Positions 17,964 through 25,829 are shown, numbered from the stretch's first letter. The stretch is DNA of 64,000 bases from an uncultured delta proteobacterium (GCA_963727625.1 CAVSHR010000004.1:352001-416000); one strand, 5' to 3'. The notes: generated from the sequence alone by a model not told the origin. Numbers and translations: made by a program.

Positions 17964-18034
17964 GCCTAACGCTAGGTTAAGCCGCGCCGAACGAGCGCAG
18001 CGAGCGAGACGTCGGCTTGAACCGTTTGTTAGCC
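17964..18034 (-). other. attC site (71 bp)
   Basis: GCCTAAC..GGTTAAGCCG...CGGCTTGAACC..GTTAGCC. Confidence 0.9.
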
Positions 18035-18140
18035 GCCATGTTCTTCGCGGTTCATCTGCGGTCGATCTCCGGTACGGCGCTGGACGATCCTTCCAACCGC
18101 CGCGCTGATGTGGCGACGTAACCCCGCCGCCGTAGCGCCA

Positions 18141-18758
18141 TCATGATCGTCTGCGGCGAAGGCAGTAAAAGCGAGGGTGTGCTTTCTGCACAAAACGGGG
18201 TGCCCCGGTCAAATCGAATGCTTCCTCGTCGGTGATCGTCCATCCGTCATAAGCTTGTTCGATCTCCTCCCGACTGATGCCTCGCGGCAGGGGTCCTCTG
18301 CGACCCGGTGAGAACGCGTACATCAGGAGCGTGGCGTCCTCGGTGGCCACCGCCGTGACTTCACGGCTCACCGCCCGCACCTGCTCGGGCGGGAGGCCAT
18401 GTACGACGCCAAAGTCCAGGATGAGGCGAAATCCCGAGCCGATGCCTGCGGCCGTGAGCGCCGTGATGCTCCCTTCGACGAATAGAACCTCCACGCCGGC
18501 TCCGCGTGCGCGTTCGCGGGCGGTGCGCACCGCCTTCGGCACGATGTCGACGCCGGTTACCTCCCACCCGCGTTGAGCCAGGCGAACCGACCAGAACCCG
18601 GTGCCGCATCCGAGATCGAGCGCGCGCCCGTAGGGCGGTTCTCGACCGCGCTCCTCTCGGTCAAGGAGCGCGACGGCCTGTTCGCCTATAGGAAGTGACG
18701 GCATCCGCTCCCACGGCGTCATGCCGACCAGATACTGGAATTTGTAGAAAAGGCTCAT
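18141..18758 (-). CDS. Class I SAM-dependent methyltransferase, first cassette of array 1
   Basis: ALDLGCGTG, VTGVD, LILDFG..H. Confidence 0.9.
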   Translation of the reverse strand: MSLFYKFQYLVGMTPWERMPSLPIGEQAVALLDREERGREPPYGRALDLGCGTGFWSVRLAQRGWEVTGVDIVPKAVRTARERARGAGVEVLFVEGSITALTAAGIGSGFRLILDFGVVHGLPPEQVRAVSREVTAVATEDATLLMYAFSPGRRGPLPRGISREEIEQAYDGWTITDEEAFDLTGAPRFVQKAHPRFYCLRRRRS

Positions 18759-18782
18759 TCAACCTCCCGGTAACGCCTTGGC

Positions 18783-18811
18783 GGCTAACCATTAAGTATG
18801 CTGACCAGCAT
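18783..18811 (-). other. attI site of integron 1
   Basis: Core GTTAGCC (18783-18789) is the exact complement of cassette 1 inverse core GGCTAAC; no attC hairpin upstream; adjacent palindrome ATGCTGACCAGCAT. Confidence 0.75.
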
Positions 18812-18844
18812 TTTACAGTCTCTAAAATTCGAATGACGGCGGAA

Positions 18845-18873
18845 ATTCTCCTACCTTTTAAGATGCTTGTCAA
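18845..18873 (-). promoter_or_regulatory. Pc cassette promoter, integron 1
   Basis: TTGACA-17-GAGAAT pointing into the array. Confidence 0.65.
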
Positions 18874-18923
18874 AGCAAACCGGCGGCAGTCGTTGCCGGC
18901 AAAGGCTGACCAGCCTAAGATCA

Positions 18924-20012
18924 TTATGGCCGACCAAGAGGTTGGATCGCACCGATCCCATCCAGCGGGCTTCGGACTCCCCGCCCGCCACGGTTCAAGA
19001 CGTGGGTATAAATCATCGTCGTACTGACGTCGGCGTGTCCAAGTAACTCTTGCACCGTTCGAATATCATACCCATTTTCAAGTAGATGGGTGGCGAAGGA
19101 ATGGCGCATGCTGTGCGGGGCAGCTGGTTTTGTGATATCAGCCCTGAGCCTGGCCTCTTTGAACGCCTTTTGGAGAACGGACTCGTGGAGATGGTGTCGC
19201 CGTTTTTCTCCTGTGGCCCGATCGATGAAATGGCTAGTCGCAGGAAACACCCATTGCCAACCCCATTCTTTGCCTGCGCTCGGGTATTTTCGCTCCAGCG
19301 CATTTGGCAGACTGACGCGCCCCAGGCCCGCCTTCAGATCCTCTTCGTGCTGCCGCTTCACTGCCTCCAGGTGTTTGAGGAGAGGCTCTTTCACCATGGC
19401 GGGAAGCATAGTGTGTCTGTCTTTATCTCCCTTGCCGGCGCGAACGACTAGCTGGTTCCTGGAAAAGTCGACGTCCTTGACCCTAAGACGGCAACATTCC
19501 ATGAGCCGGAGCCCGGCACCATACAAAAGCATGGCCATCAACCACGGAGTCCCCTCCACACAAGCCAAAAGCCGCTGAACTTCTTCTTTCGTTAAGACGA
19601 CGGGCAGGCGTCTTTGCACTTTGGCGCGAACGACACCCTCAATCAGACCGATTTTTCGCTGCAGCACTGCCTGATATAAAAACAACAGCGCGTTGAAGGC
19701 TTGATTCTGCGTTGATGAGCTAACGTGAGACTCTGTCGCCAGGCTGGAGAGAAAACGGGCAATCTCTGGCTCACCCATTTCCGCCGGATGACGCTTGTTG
19801 TGGAAAAAGATGAACCGCTTGATCCAATGAACATAGCTGTCCTCGGTCTTGGGACTGTAATGCCGCGTGCGGATCGCTTGCCGTACCTGTTCGAGGAGTT
19901 TGGGCTTGTGATCGGCGGGCAGCGGTGAAGCTCCGACTCCAAGGTTTTTACCTCCGTCGATCACGGCAAGCGTGCGGTTCATTGATATGCGCGTATTTAC
20001 TGTTTCCATCAT
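18924..20012 (-). CDS. intI: Integron integrase
   Basis: [34 protein letters not shown] plus the IntI-specific insert [23 protein letters not shown]; AAGGAGG RBS. Confidence 0.97.
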   Translation of the reverse strand: MMETVNTRISMNRTLAVIDGGKNLGVGASPLPADHKPKLLEQVRQAIRTRHYSPKTEDSYVHWIKRFIFFHNKRHPAEMGEPEIARFLSSLATESHVSSSTQNQAFNALLFLYQAVLQRKIGLIEGVVRAKVQRRLPVVLTKEEVQRLLACVEGTPWLMAMLLYGAGLRLMECCRLRVKDVDFSRNQLVVRAGKGDKDRHTMLPAMVKEPLLKHLEAVKRQHEEDLKAGLGRVSLPNALERKYPSAGKEWGWQWVFPATSHFIDRATGEKRRHHLHESVLQKAFKEARLRADITKPAAPHSMRHSFATHLLENGYDIRTVQELLGHADVSTTMIYTHVLNRGGRGVRSPLDGIGAIQPLGRP

Positions 20013-20025
20013 GCGCCCTCCTTGA

Positions 20026-20210
20026 TTATCCCGCATAGCGTAGCGACTGCTTCCTCGAAAACTCCTTCGCCAACCGCTCATCTGGTTTTCCGTCGTACCG
20101 CGCCTGCAAGTCGAGCCAGTAACGCTCGGACATGCCGAAGTAGTGCGCGAGGCGATGGGCGATGTCGCCGTTGATCGGCCGCTGGCCCTGGACGATCTCG
20201 TCGATGCGCG
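20026..20210 (-). pseudogene. 3' partial duplicate of higA
   Basis: [43 protein letters not shown], near-identical to 20908-21090; N-terminus missing. Confidence 0.8.
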
Positions 20211-20302
20211 AGTGCACCCATTGATCTAAATTCACGGATCCCCAACGGTAACGCCAGGGCCACCACCCTAAGTGCGAATGGGCGAATACCAAAGGTTAAC
20301 GA

Positions 20303-20519
20303 TTAGAGAAGCTCGCGGAATTGCTCGACGGTCAGGCCGGCGTCACGAACGATACCGCCCATCGTAAATGCGTTAACAGGATTGTGGCGTGGAATAGTAA
20401 GAATCCGGCCTCCGCTGGACATCACGATATGCTTTCCTTGCCGCACGATCTGGAAGCCGGCCTTTTCAAGAGCACGAACGGCGTCAAGGTGATTGATTGA
20501 TGCCGGGAATCTTCGGCAA
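20303..20519 (-). pseudogene. hicA: HicA toxin, frameshifted by a 4-bp duplication
   Basis: TTG start PKIPGIN/HLDAVRALEKAGF..RQGKHIVM...IPRH..; extra AATC unit at ~20491-20501. Confidence 0.85.
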
Positions 20520-20521
20520 GG

Positions 20522-20719
20522 CTACACCGACACTTCGACCTCACGGATATTTTCACCGCGAAGCTGTTCTTCGACCACGGCGAGATACTCGCGAATGGCG
20601 TCTTTAATATTTTCTATCGCTTCTTGCTCGGTGGCCCCTTGTGACCAGCAGCCAGGCAATCCTGGCACCGACACGCTGAAACCCTCTTCCGACTGTTGCA
20701 GTGCTATTTTATATTTCAT
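20522..20719 (-). CDS. hicB: HicB antitoxin (short form)
   Basis: FSVSVPGLPGCWSQGATEQEAIENIKDAI. Confidence 0.92.
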   Translation of the reverse strand: MKYKIALQQSEEGFSVSVPGLPGCWSQGATEQEAIENIKDAIREYLAVVEEQLRGENIREVEVSV

Positions 20720-20777
20720 GCTTTATTCCTCTTAAATCTTTGAGCTTATCCGCAAGACACTCGTCCAAGATGGTGCA

Positions 20778-20806
20778 ATTCTAGTAGCATTCCCGGACCC
20801 TGACAA
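20778..20806 (-). promoter_or_regulatory. Sigma70 promoter upstream of hicB
   Basis: TTGTCA-17-TAGAAT. Confidence 0.55.
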
Positions 20807-20907
20807 GCACCATCGCTCGCTGTCGTATTCGCAGCTCAGGAATTCATTCGATCTGCACCCCCACTCGTTGTGCGCACCAGGGCAGGATTCGCCGTACAAA
20901 GATTTTG

Positions 20908-21204
20908 TCATCCTGCGTAACGCAGCGACTGCCTTCCCAAATACTCTTTGGGCAATTCCCCGGCCCGTTCCCCTTCATACTGTGCCTGCAAGTCGAGCCA
21001 GTAACGCTCGGACATGCCGAAGTAGTGCGCGAGGCGATGGGCGATGTCGGGGTTGATTGGGCGCTGGCCCTGGACGATCTCGTAGATGCGCCGCGCCGGC
21101 ACGCCGATATCTCGGGCGAGATGCCAGACACTGATCCCGCGGGGGGCGAGGAAGTCTTCGAGTAAGATTCTGCCAGGGTGTATCATTAAAAGCCTGTTAT
21201 TCAT
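20908..21204 (-). CDS. higA: HigA family antitoxin, no adjacent toxin
   Basis: IHPGRILLEDFL...LARDIGVP..RI.EIVQGQR...RLAHYFG...WLDLQ. Confidence 0.88.
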   Translation of the reverse strand: MNNRLLMIHPGRILLEDFLAPRGISVWHLARDIGVPARRIYEIVQGQRPINPDIAHRLAHYFGMSERYWLDLQAQYEGERAGELPKEYLGRQSLRYAG

Positions 21205-21232
21205 TGTTGAGTCTCCTTATCTAACTTTCCTA

Positions 21233-21266
21233 GGTTCAAGACGTTCAAACCGTTCAAAAAGTTAAG
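21233..21266 (+). repeat. 9-bp-period GTTCAA tandem array
   Basis: GGTTCAAGA CGTTCAAAC CGTTCAAAA AGTTAAG. Confidence 0.75.
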
Positions 21267-21699
21267 CCGTCTCGGATGGGGTCGAAAAGCTCGGACTTTT
21301 TGGACGCTTTGTCGCAGTATATTTTGATCCTTTCATGCCACTGCCCTTTAAGTAGTCAATTAGATTGCTGATCATAATTGATAAACGCCGCAGTGAATTG
21401 CTGGCATCGCTACAGTCTTTCGCCGCTACATACGATTGATCCAGGGCTACGTAAAGTTGACACCGAGCTTCCCCGCACGATCCTTTAGCGACGTAGAGAA
21501 ACTGAATAAACTCTTGGTTGCCGCCCCGTTCGAATCCTTCGGCAATGTTTGACATGATGGAGACAGCCGCTCGGCGAATCTGATCGCGCAATCCGAAATC
21601 TTTTGAGAATTTCGGATCTCTTGTGAGCTGATAAATTGCCCGTGTTAAGGCCCTAGCATCTTTCCAGATTTCCAAATCTTCAAAGTTTTTCACTTGCAT
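21262..21699 (-). CDS. Four-helix-bundle protein (23S rRNA IVP / Avd-like)
   Basis: FEDLEIWK, LRDQIRRAAVSIMSNIAEGFER, F.QFL.VAKGSCGE. Confidence 0.92.
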   Translation of the reverse strand: MQVKNFEDLEIWKDARALTRAIYQLTRDPKFSKDFGLRDQIRRAAVSIMSNIAEGFERGGNQEFIQFLYVAKGSCGEARCQLYVALDQSYVAAKDCSDASNSLRRLSIMISNLIDYLKGSGMKGSKYTATKRPKSPSFSTPSETA

Positions 21700-21711
21700 G
21701 GATGCTCCCTC

Positions 21712-21756
21712 CTAAACAATTTGAACGTTTTGAACGGCTTGAACGATTTGAACGCT
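21712..21756 (-). repeat. 9-bp-period TTGAAC tandem array, inverted relative to 21233-21266
   Basis: TTGAACGTT TTGAACGGC TTGAACGAT TTGAACGCT. Confidence 0.8.
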
Positions 21757-21758
21757 TT

Positions 21759-23303
21759 TTATTCGACCGTCCCCTGCCAGAACCACCGCCGCCTTACCCG
21801 ATCGTAATACAGCCACAACAAATCCCCGCGGCGGGTTTCGGCGAAGTAATACTCGCGCTGGATTTCCCGGTTCCACCAGCCGCCGGAAAAGACGTAGGGG
21901 CCAGTGAGCTTGTCGATGGTGCCGTGCTTGGGGCCGAGAATCAGCCAGCCGTCTTCGTGCGAGTGGTAGGGCCCGCCGGCGAGGCGAACCGGTTTGGCGG
22001 CGATGCGGCGCACCAACATATTTGGAGCGGAGAGGTTCAAGCCGTTCAAATCGTTCAACTGCTTCGCTCCGTTCAAAACGTTTTTGGGCAATTTAAGCTG
22101 GGTCAAGGGCTCCCAGGTAAAGCGCGCTTCGGGCAGGTGGCCGTCGGTGAGCTTGGCGTACACGACAGATTCTTCGCCGAATTCGGCGCGCAGGCGGGCG
22201 AGCGCGCGGTTGGCGGCGTCGAGGTCGCGCGCCGGCTGCTCGGCGAACAAACGAAGCTGCTCACGGGTCGCGGCGCAGGCTTCGGCGCTGAGCTCGATCT
22301 CGCTGACGCCGGCCGGTAGCTGCAGCGACTCCAGCCGCAACCGGACGAGATCCAATATCTGCGCGGCATCGAGCGTCGGTACCGCCGGACGCAGCGACTC
22401 ACGAAGCCAAGGGCCGTGATGGAGCAGCAAAGCGATCTCGAGCGCGAGCAGCGCCTGATGGCGTTGCGCCAGCGTCGCCAGCAGTGGATGGAGCAGTTGC
22501 TTGATCAAAAACAACAGTCGCGTGCTGTCTTCTTCCGGATCGTCGAGAAGATATTTTTGCCGGGCGGGCTCTTCGGGCGCCTGCGGTACGAGCGGCGTCC
22601 AGAGATCGCCGGCGGCCATGCGGTAAAGCCGGTGCGCCTTTTTGCCGAAGCGCTCGCGCAGCCCGCCCGGCGGCAGCGCCAGCAAGCCGCCGACGGTTTT
22701 GATGCCGAGCTTGAAAAGCATGTCGCGAAAAGCGGGCTCGATATTTAGTCGATTGAGCGGCACTTCGCGCGCGACGTTGCGTTCCTCAGCAAGATCGCGA
22801 AAGATCGTGATTCCCTCTCTCGCTTTGGCGACGGCGTAGCTGCCGAAGCGCGTGAAGCCGACGACAAAATGAGCGGTGAATCCTTGGGCGCATAGATCTT
22901 TCTGCATGGCGCAAGCCCACTGCTTCGGCGAGGCATAGAGCCTCTGCAAACCGGCGCCGTTGAGCCAGAAAACCCCGGGCTCCTCGGCCGACGGCTCAAC
23001 CTCGGGAGTAAAGCGCATGAGGCGGTGGGACAAGTCATCGACGGCTTTTTTATTTTCAGCGGCTGAAATCTCGCCGGCGCGGAGCGTCGAAGCCAGAGAA
23101 AACGCTGCGGCGTAGCGCAGGCCGGGCAGCACACCGTGGCGGCGCGCTTTTTCGTTCACCCAGAGGACCACGCCCTGCGGCTTGTCTTCGGCCACCACCG
23201 CCGCCGGATGGCCGGCCCAGTCGGGATGGCGCCGGAGCAAAAGCTGCAGCGGAAAAGCCGGCAGATCAACACAGGCCAGCCGGTCCGTTGTAAAGCTCTT
23301 CAT
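21759..23303 (-). CDS. imuB: ImuB, inactive Y-family polymerase homolog
   Basis: RLACVDLPAFPLQLL, FTPEVE, LGIKTVG.LLALP...LRERFG, C-terminal GP...GGWW...REYY..W. Confidence 0.88.
   Translation of the reverse strand: MKSFTTDRLACVDLPAFPLQLLLRRHPDWAGHPAAVVAEDKPQGVVLWVNEKARRHGVLPGLRYAAAFSLASTLRAGEISAAENKKAVDDLSHRLMRFTPEVEPSAEEPGVFWLNGAGLQRLYASPKQWACAMQKDLCAQGFTAHFVVGFTRFGSYAVAKAREGITIFRDLAEERNVAREVPLNRLNIEPAFRDMLFKLGIKTVGGLLALPPGGLRERFGKKAHRLYRMAAGDLWTPLVPQAPEEPARQKYLLDDPEEDSTRLLFLIKQLLHPLLATLAQRHQALLALEIALLLHHGPWLRESLRPAVPTLDAAQILDLVRLRLESLQLPAGVSEIELSAEACAATREQLRLFAEQPARDLDAANRALARLRAEFGEESVVYAKLTDGHLPEARFTWEPLTQLKLPKNVLNGAKQLNDLNGLNLSAPNMLVRRIAAKPVRLAGGPYHSHEDGWLILGPKHGTIDKLTGPYVFSGGWWNREIQREYYFAETRRGDLLWLYYDRVRRRWFWQGTVE
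22034..22085 (+). repeat. 9-bp-period GTTCAA array, in frame within imuB
   Basis: GGTTCAAGC CGTTCAAAT CGTTCAACT GCTTCGCTC CGTTCAAAA; encodes VLNGAKQLNDLNGLNL. Confidence 0.75.
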
Positions 23304-23862
23304 AGTTCCAAGTGGGACCGCGCCGCTTGTCTTTGAGAACGCTCAGCGCGCAAGCGAAACGGTTGTCCGCCAACCGATGCTTTTCGGCGTGGGCGCGCAG
23401 CGATACCAGCGACCCCAAAGAAAACGCCGTACGGTTTTTTTCGGTGAGACAAATCAGCGCGCTGTGATGACGATGGGCCAGGCCGGTCAGGCGCGTCTGC
23501 AGCGGCATGGGAATATCGGCGGCGCCGAGATCGAGCACGACGACGCCGAATCCGCCCGAGCGCAGAAGTTTTTCGCCGGCGCGGGCGATACTCTCCGCGT
23601 GCACTAAGCGAATGACGACGAGCGTGGCTAAATCGATGCCGCCATGTGCGACGTCCGGCGGATAAAAACAACTCTCCGCCAGCGTCACCCAGCCCACCGG
23701 TTCGCCGCGCTCTTGCGCCTCCCGAATCAAGGTGAAAGCGATGGTCAACGCAGCCGAAGCCGTCGAGCCGGAGATCTCCACCATCCGCCCGGCCACTTCG
23801 TCAAACGTCCACGGCGTCGGTACAACGGCGGGACGAAACTTCAGTGTGGAAGATGAGACCAT
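23266..23862 (-). CDS. imuA: ImuA, RecA-like protein
   Basis: GRMVEISG, FYPP...GIDL..L, EKLLRSGGFGVVVLD; overlaps the imuB start. Confidence 0.85.
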   Translation of the reverse strand: MVSSSTLKFRPAVVPTPWTFDEVAGRMVEISGSTASAALTIAFTLIREAQERGEPVGWVTLAESCFYPPDVAHGGIDLATLVVIRLVHAESIARAGEKLLRSGGFGVVVLDLGAADIPMPLQTRLTGLAHRHHSALICLTEKNRTAFSLGSLVSLRAHAEKHRLADNRFACALSVLKDKRRGPTWNYEELYNGPAGLC

Positions 23863-23922
23863 GGATAGAAACTCCGGGAAAGTTGTCTGCACTGAGCAGG
23901 ACGTAAAAAATGAGATCAGCAA

Positions 23923-23938
23923 CTGACAACAGCTTCAG
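23923..23938. promoter_or_regulatory. Putative LexA box upstream of imuA
   Basis: CTGACAACAGCTTCAG = CTG-N10-CAG, similar to the lexA operator. Confidence 0.6.
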
Positions 23939-23982
23939 GACGGTATGATTGCGGAGCTGCTAAAGGACAGTAACGTCGCGTT

Positions 23983-24038
23983 TGCAGGAATGTAGTTGCA
24001 GGAATGTAGTCGCAGGAATGTAGTCGCAGGAATGTAGA
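23983..24038. repeat. 4 x 14-bp tandem repeat
   Basis: (T/C)GCAGGAATGTAGT x4, no spacers. Confidence 0.9.
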
Positions 24039-24052
24039 AAAGGGAGAGCTTT

Positions 24053-24137
24053 ATTTAACGCTCAAAATGAGCCGTGCGCCACGGCGACATGATCGCGATG
24101 GACGGTCAGGCGCGTCGGCTCCGTTTTGTTGTTAGCC
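24053..24137 (-). other. attC site (85 bp), last of array 2
   Basis: ATTTAAC..CAAAATGAGCCG.GCGCC...GGCGC..CGGCTCCGTTTTG..GTTAGCC. Confidence 0.85.
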
Positions 24138-24164
24138 CGCGACGCTGGTTCTTCATGCCAATGT

Positions 24165-24713
24165 TCACCGACTCTGAAGGCTCAACCGCGCCACAACGTC
24201 GCTCAGGTAGTCACCGTATCCCCAACCTATGTCCTGCGCACGGTTCCGAACCCGAACGAGACGAGCGGTTGCGCGCGTGCGTTCCTCACTGGAGAGTGCC
24301 CCCAGTGATTTCACGATGGCAGCCACCTTTGTCTCAAGCGCTGAAAAGTACGGATCATCGCCGTACCCAAGGTCGACCGCTTGCTCTGTTCCGGCCTCCA
24401 CAAACGTCAGCATCAGATCAACGCTTCCGGCGACATCACCAGTCGAACGACGATATTCTGTGATCGCCGCACTGGCGTCCCGAAGCCGAATCGGACGCTG
24501 GCTCAGGGGATCCGGAAATACCGCAACCTCGACCAAGTGCCGGTACTTCTCAATCGCCGCGGCCGAAGGAAGAAACCGCGCTTCAAGAAAACGTCGATTT
24601 GCCTCGCTTGCCTCGTGCATGTCGTGAACCAGGCCCACCAGTGCCTTTCGATCAAGGGTATCCAGCCGATTCTTCAGTGCGGCCCAACCAGAACTCTTCA
24701 ACACACGGTTCAC
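24165..24713 (-). CDS. Hypothetical cassette protein (DUF6155-like)
   Basis: A.AAITEYRR..GD....DLMLTFVEAG...GYG pattern. Confidence 0.6.
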   Translation of the reverse strand: MNRVLKSSGWAALKNRLDTLDRKALVGLVHDMHEASEANRRFLEARFLPSAAAIEKYRHLVEVAVFPDPLSQRPIRLRDASAAITEYRRSTGDVAGSVDLMLTFVEAGTEQAVDLGYGDDPYFSALETKVAAIVKSLGALSSEERTRATARLVRVRNRAQDIGWGYGDYLSDVVARLSLQSR

Positions 24714-24750
24714 TCTGAGATCCTCGAATTCGAATGAATGATGTTTTGCG

Positions 24751-24807
24751 GGCTAACGCGAAGGCTGAGCGGAGTCTTTAACGCCGATCTCAAGCCGTTA
24801 GTTAGGC
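24751..24807 (-). other. attC site (57 bp)
   Basis: GGCTAAC..GGCTGAGCGG...CCGATCTCAAGCC..GTTAGGC. Confidence 0.85.
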
Positions 24808-24813
24808 GATGAG

Positions 24814-25107
24814 TCAGGCGGCCAATTTCACGGCGACTGAGACACCAGCCTTTGCGCACAGGCCCACGAGGTAGTCCAGAGACAGCTTGTCAACCTTGTT
24901 GCGCGCGATTTCGGAGATGCGGGGCTGGACAATGCCAAGGCGCTTGGCGGCTTCCACCTGGGTAATCCCCTCACGCTCCATCCACTTACGAAGCGCTTCG
25001 GCCAACTCGCAACGCAAAAGCATCACAGCGGCCTCATGCGGTGGGAAGCCGAGATCGAGGAACAGGTTTTTAGAGCCCTTCACTTGCCGTGCTTGCTTCT
25101 TCTTCAT
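24814..25107 (-). CDS. XRE-family HTH antitoxin
   Basis: GSKNLFLDLGF, TQVEAAKRLGIVQPRISEI...LSLDYL. Confidence 0.88.
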   Translation of the reverse strand: MKKKQARQVKGSKNLFLDLGFPPHEAAVMLLRCELAEALRKWMEREGITQVEAAKRLGIVQPRISEIARNKVDKLSLDYLVGLCAKAGVSVAVKLAA

Positions 25108-25427
25108 GTCTTCTCTCCGATTAACTTGTAACGCTGCGCTGCCAGCCTAATGTCCGCCTGGGCCGTCTTTCGGGTCTTCTTCTGAAAAGCGTGCAAGACA
25201 AAAACCGCTTTCTCGAACTTGGCGACGTACACGACGCGGAACGCCCCGGCGGTATCTCGTATCCGAATTTCGTAGGCTCCGGATCCAACCGTCGGAAGCG
25301 GTTTGAAATCCGCGGGTTCACGCCCGACTTGGACCATGAACAGCTCGTAGCCGGCTTGTCGACGCACCGACTCGGGAAAGGCCGCCAAGTCGCGACGAGC
25401 TGTGCCAAGAAAGCGAACCGGCCTCAT
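25104..25427 (-). CDS. RelE/ParE (Gp49-like) toxin
   Basis: DL.AFP, DFKP..TVG.G.YEIRI, VLHAFQKKTRKT. Confidence 0.9.
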   Translation of the reverse strand: MRPVRFLGTARRDLAAFPESVRRQAGYELFMVQVGREPADFKPLPTVGSGAYEIRIRDTAGAFRVVYVAKFEKAVFVLHAFQKKTRKTAQADIRLAAQRYKLIGEKT

Positions 25428-25435
25428 CTCGATGG

Positions 25436-25464
25436 ATTATACGAATAGTCGTATGCACTTGCAA
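25436..25464 (-). promoter_or_regulatory. Cassette-internal TA promoter and operator
   Basis: TTGCAA-17-TATAAT overlapping palindrome ATACGA-N4-TCGTAT. Confidence 0.7.
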
Positions 25465-25474
25465 GTGGCCGCAC

Positions 25475-25538
25475 GTCTAACGAGATGCTTCAGGCGCGCG
25501 TTGCTTTGAACGCGTCGCTCTGAAAGCAATGGTTATGC
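25475..25538 (-). other. attC site (64 bp)
   Basis: GTCTAAC..TGCTTCAG.CGCGCGTT...AACGCG..CTGAAAGCA..GTTATGC. Confidence 0.85.
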
Positions 25539-25829
25539 TGCTGTAAGCCTGACCTTGCCAACTTTCCCGAGCTTTACGCGCTGTTTCGCCTGCCACAAGT
25601 CATAGTTGCATTGCATGGCAAGCCAACTTTCAGGAGAACGTCCCAACGCCTTGGAAAGACGCAGCGCCATCTCAGGACTGACCGCGCTAGTTCCAATAAG
25701 GATGCGATGTAAAGTAGAAGCAGCCACTCCAAGCTTGCTCGCCAGTTCGCGAGCGCTCAGATTGTTGGGCTCCAGATAAACCTCGGCAATGAACTCGCCT
25801 GGATGAGGGGGATTGTGCATAGCCATCAA
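25533..25829 (-). CDS. higA: HigA antitoxin
   Basis: MHNPPHPGEFI...SPEMALRLSKALG.SPESWL.MQ. Confidence 0.92.
   Translation of the reverse strand: MMAMHNPPHPGEFIAEVYLEPNNLSARELASKLGVAASTLHRILIGTSAVSPEMALRLSKALGRSPESWLAMQCNYDLWQAKQRVKLGKVGKVRLTAA

Noticed and set aside
18798-18916. CTGACCAG palindromes as LexA boxes
   Set aside because: Spacing is CTG-N2-CAG, not the CTG-N10-CAG seen at lexA and imuA
20013-20081. Longer intI start given in the ORF track
   Set aside because: Overlaps the higA copy; a strong RBS precedes the ATG at 20012
21262-21699. Diversity-generating retroelement (Avd-like gene)
   Set aside because: No reverse transcriptase in the window and no TR/VR pair with adenine-specific mismatches was seen; the higA duplicate differs at mixed bases
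21721-21756. GAAC/GTTC repeats as Firmicute or alphaproteobacterial SOS boxes
   Set aside because: The 9-bp period fits neither GAAC-N4-GTTC nor GTTC-N7-GTTC, and the arrays lie at gene 3' ends or inside genes
23983-24038. CRISPR array
   Set aside because: Repeats are 14 bp and contiguous with no spacers; no cas genes
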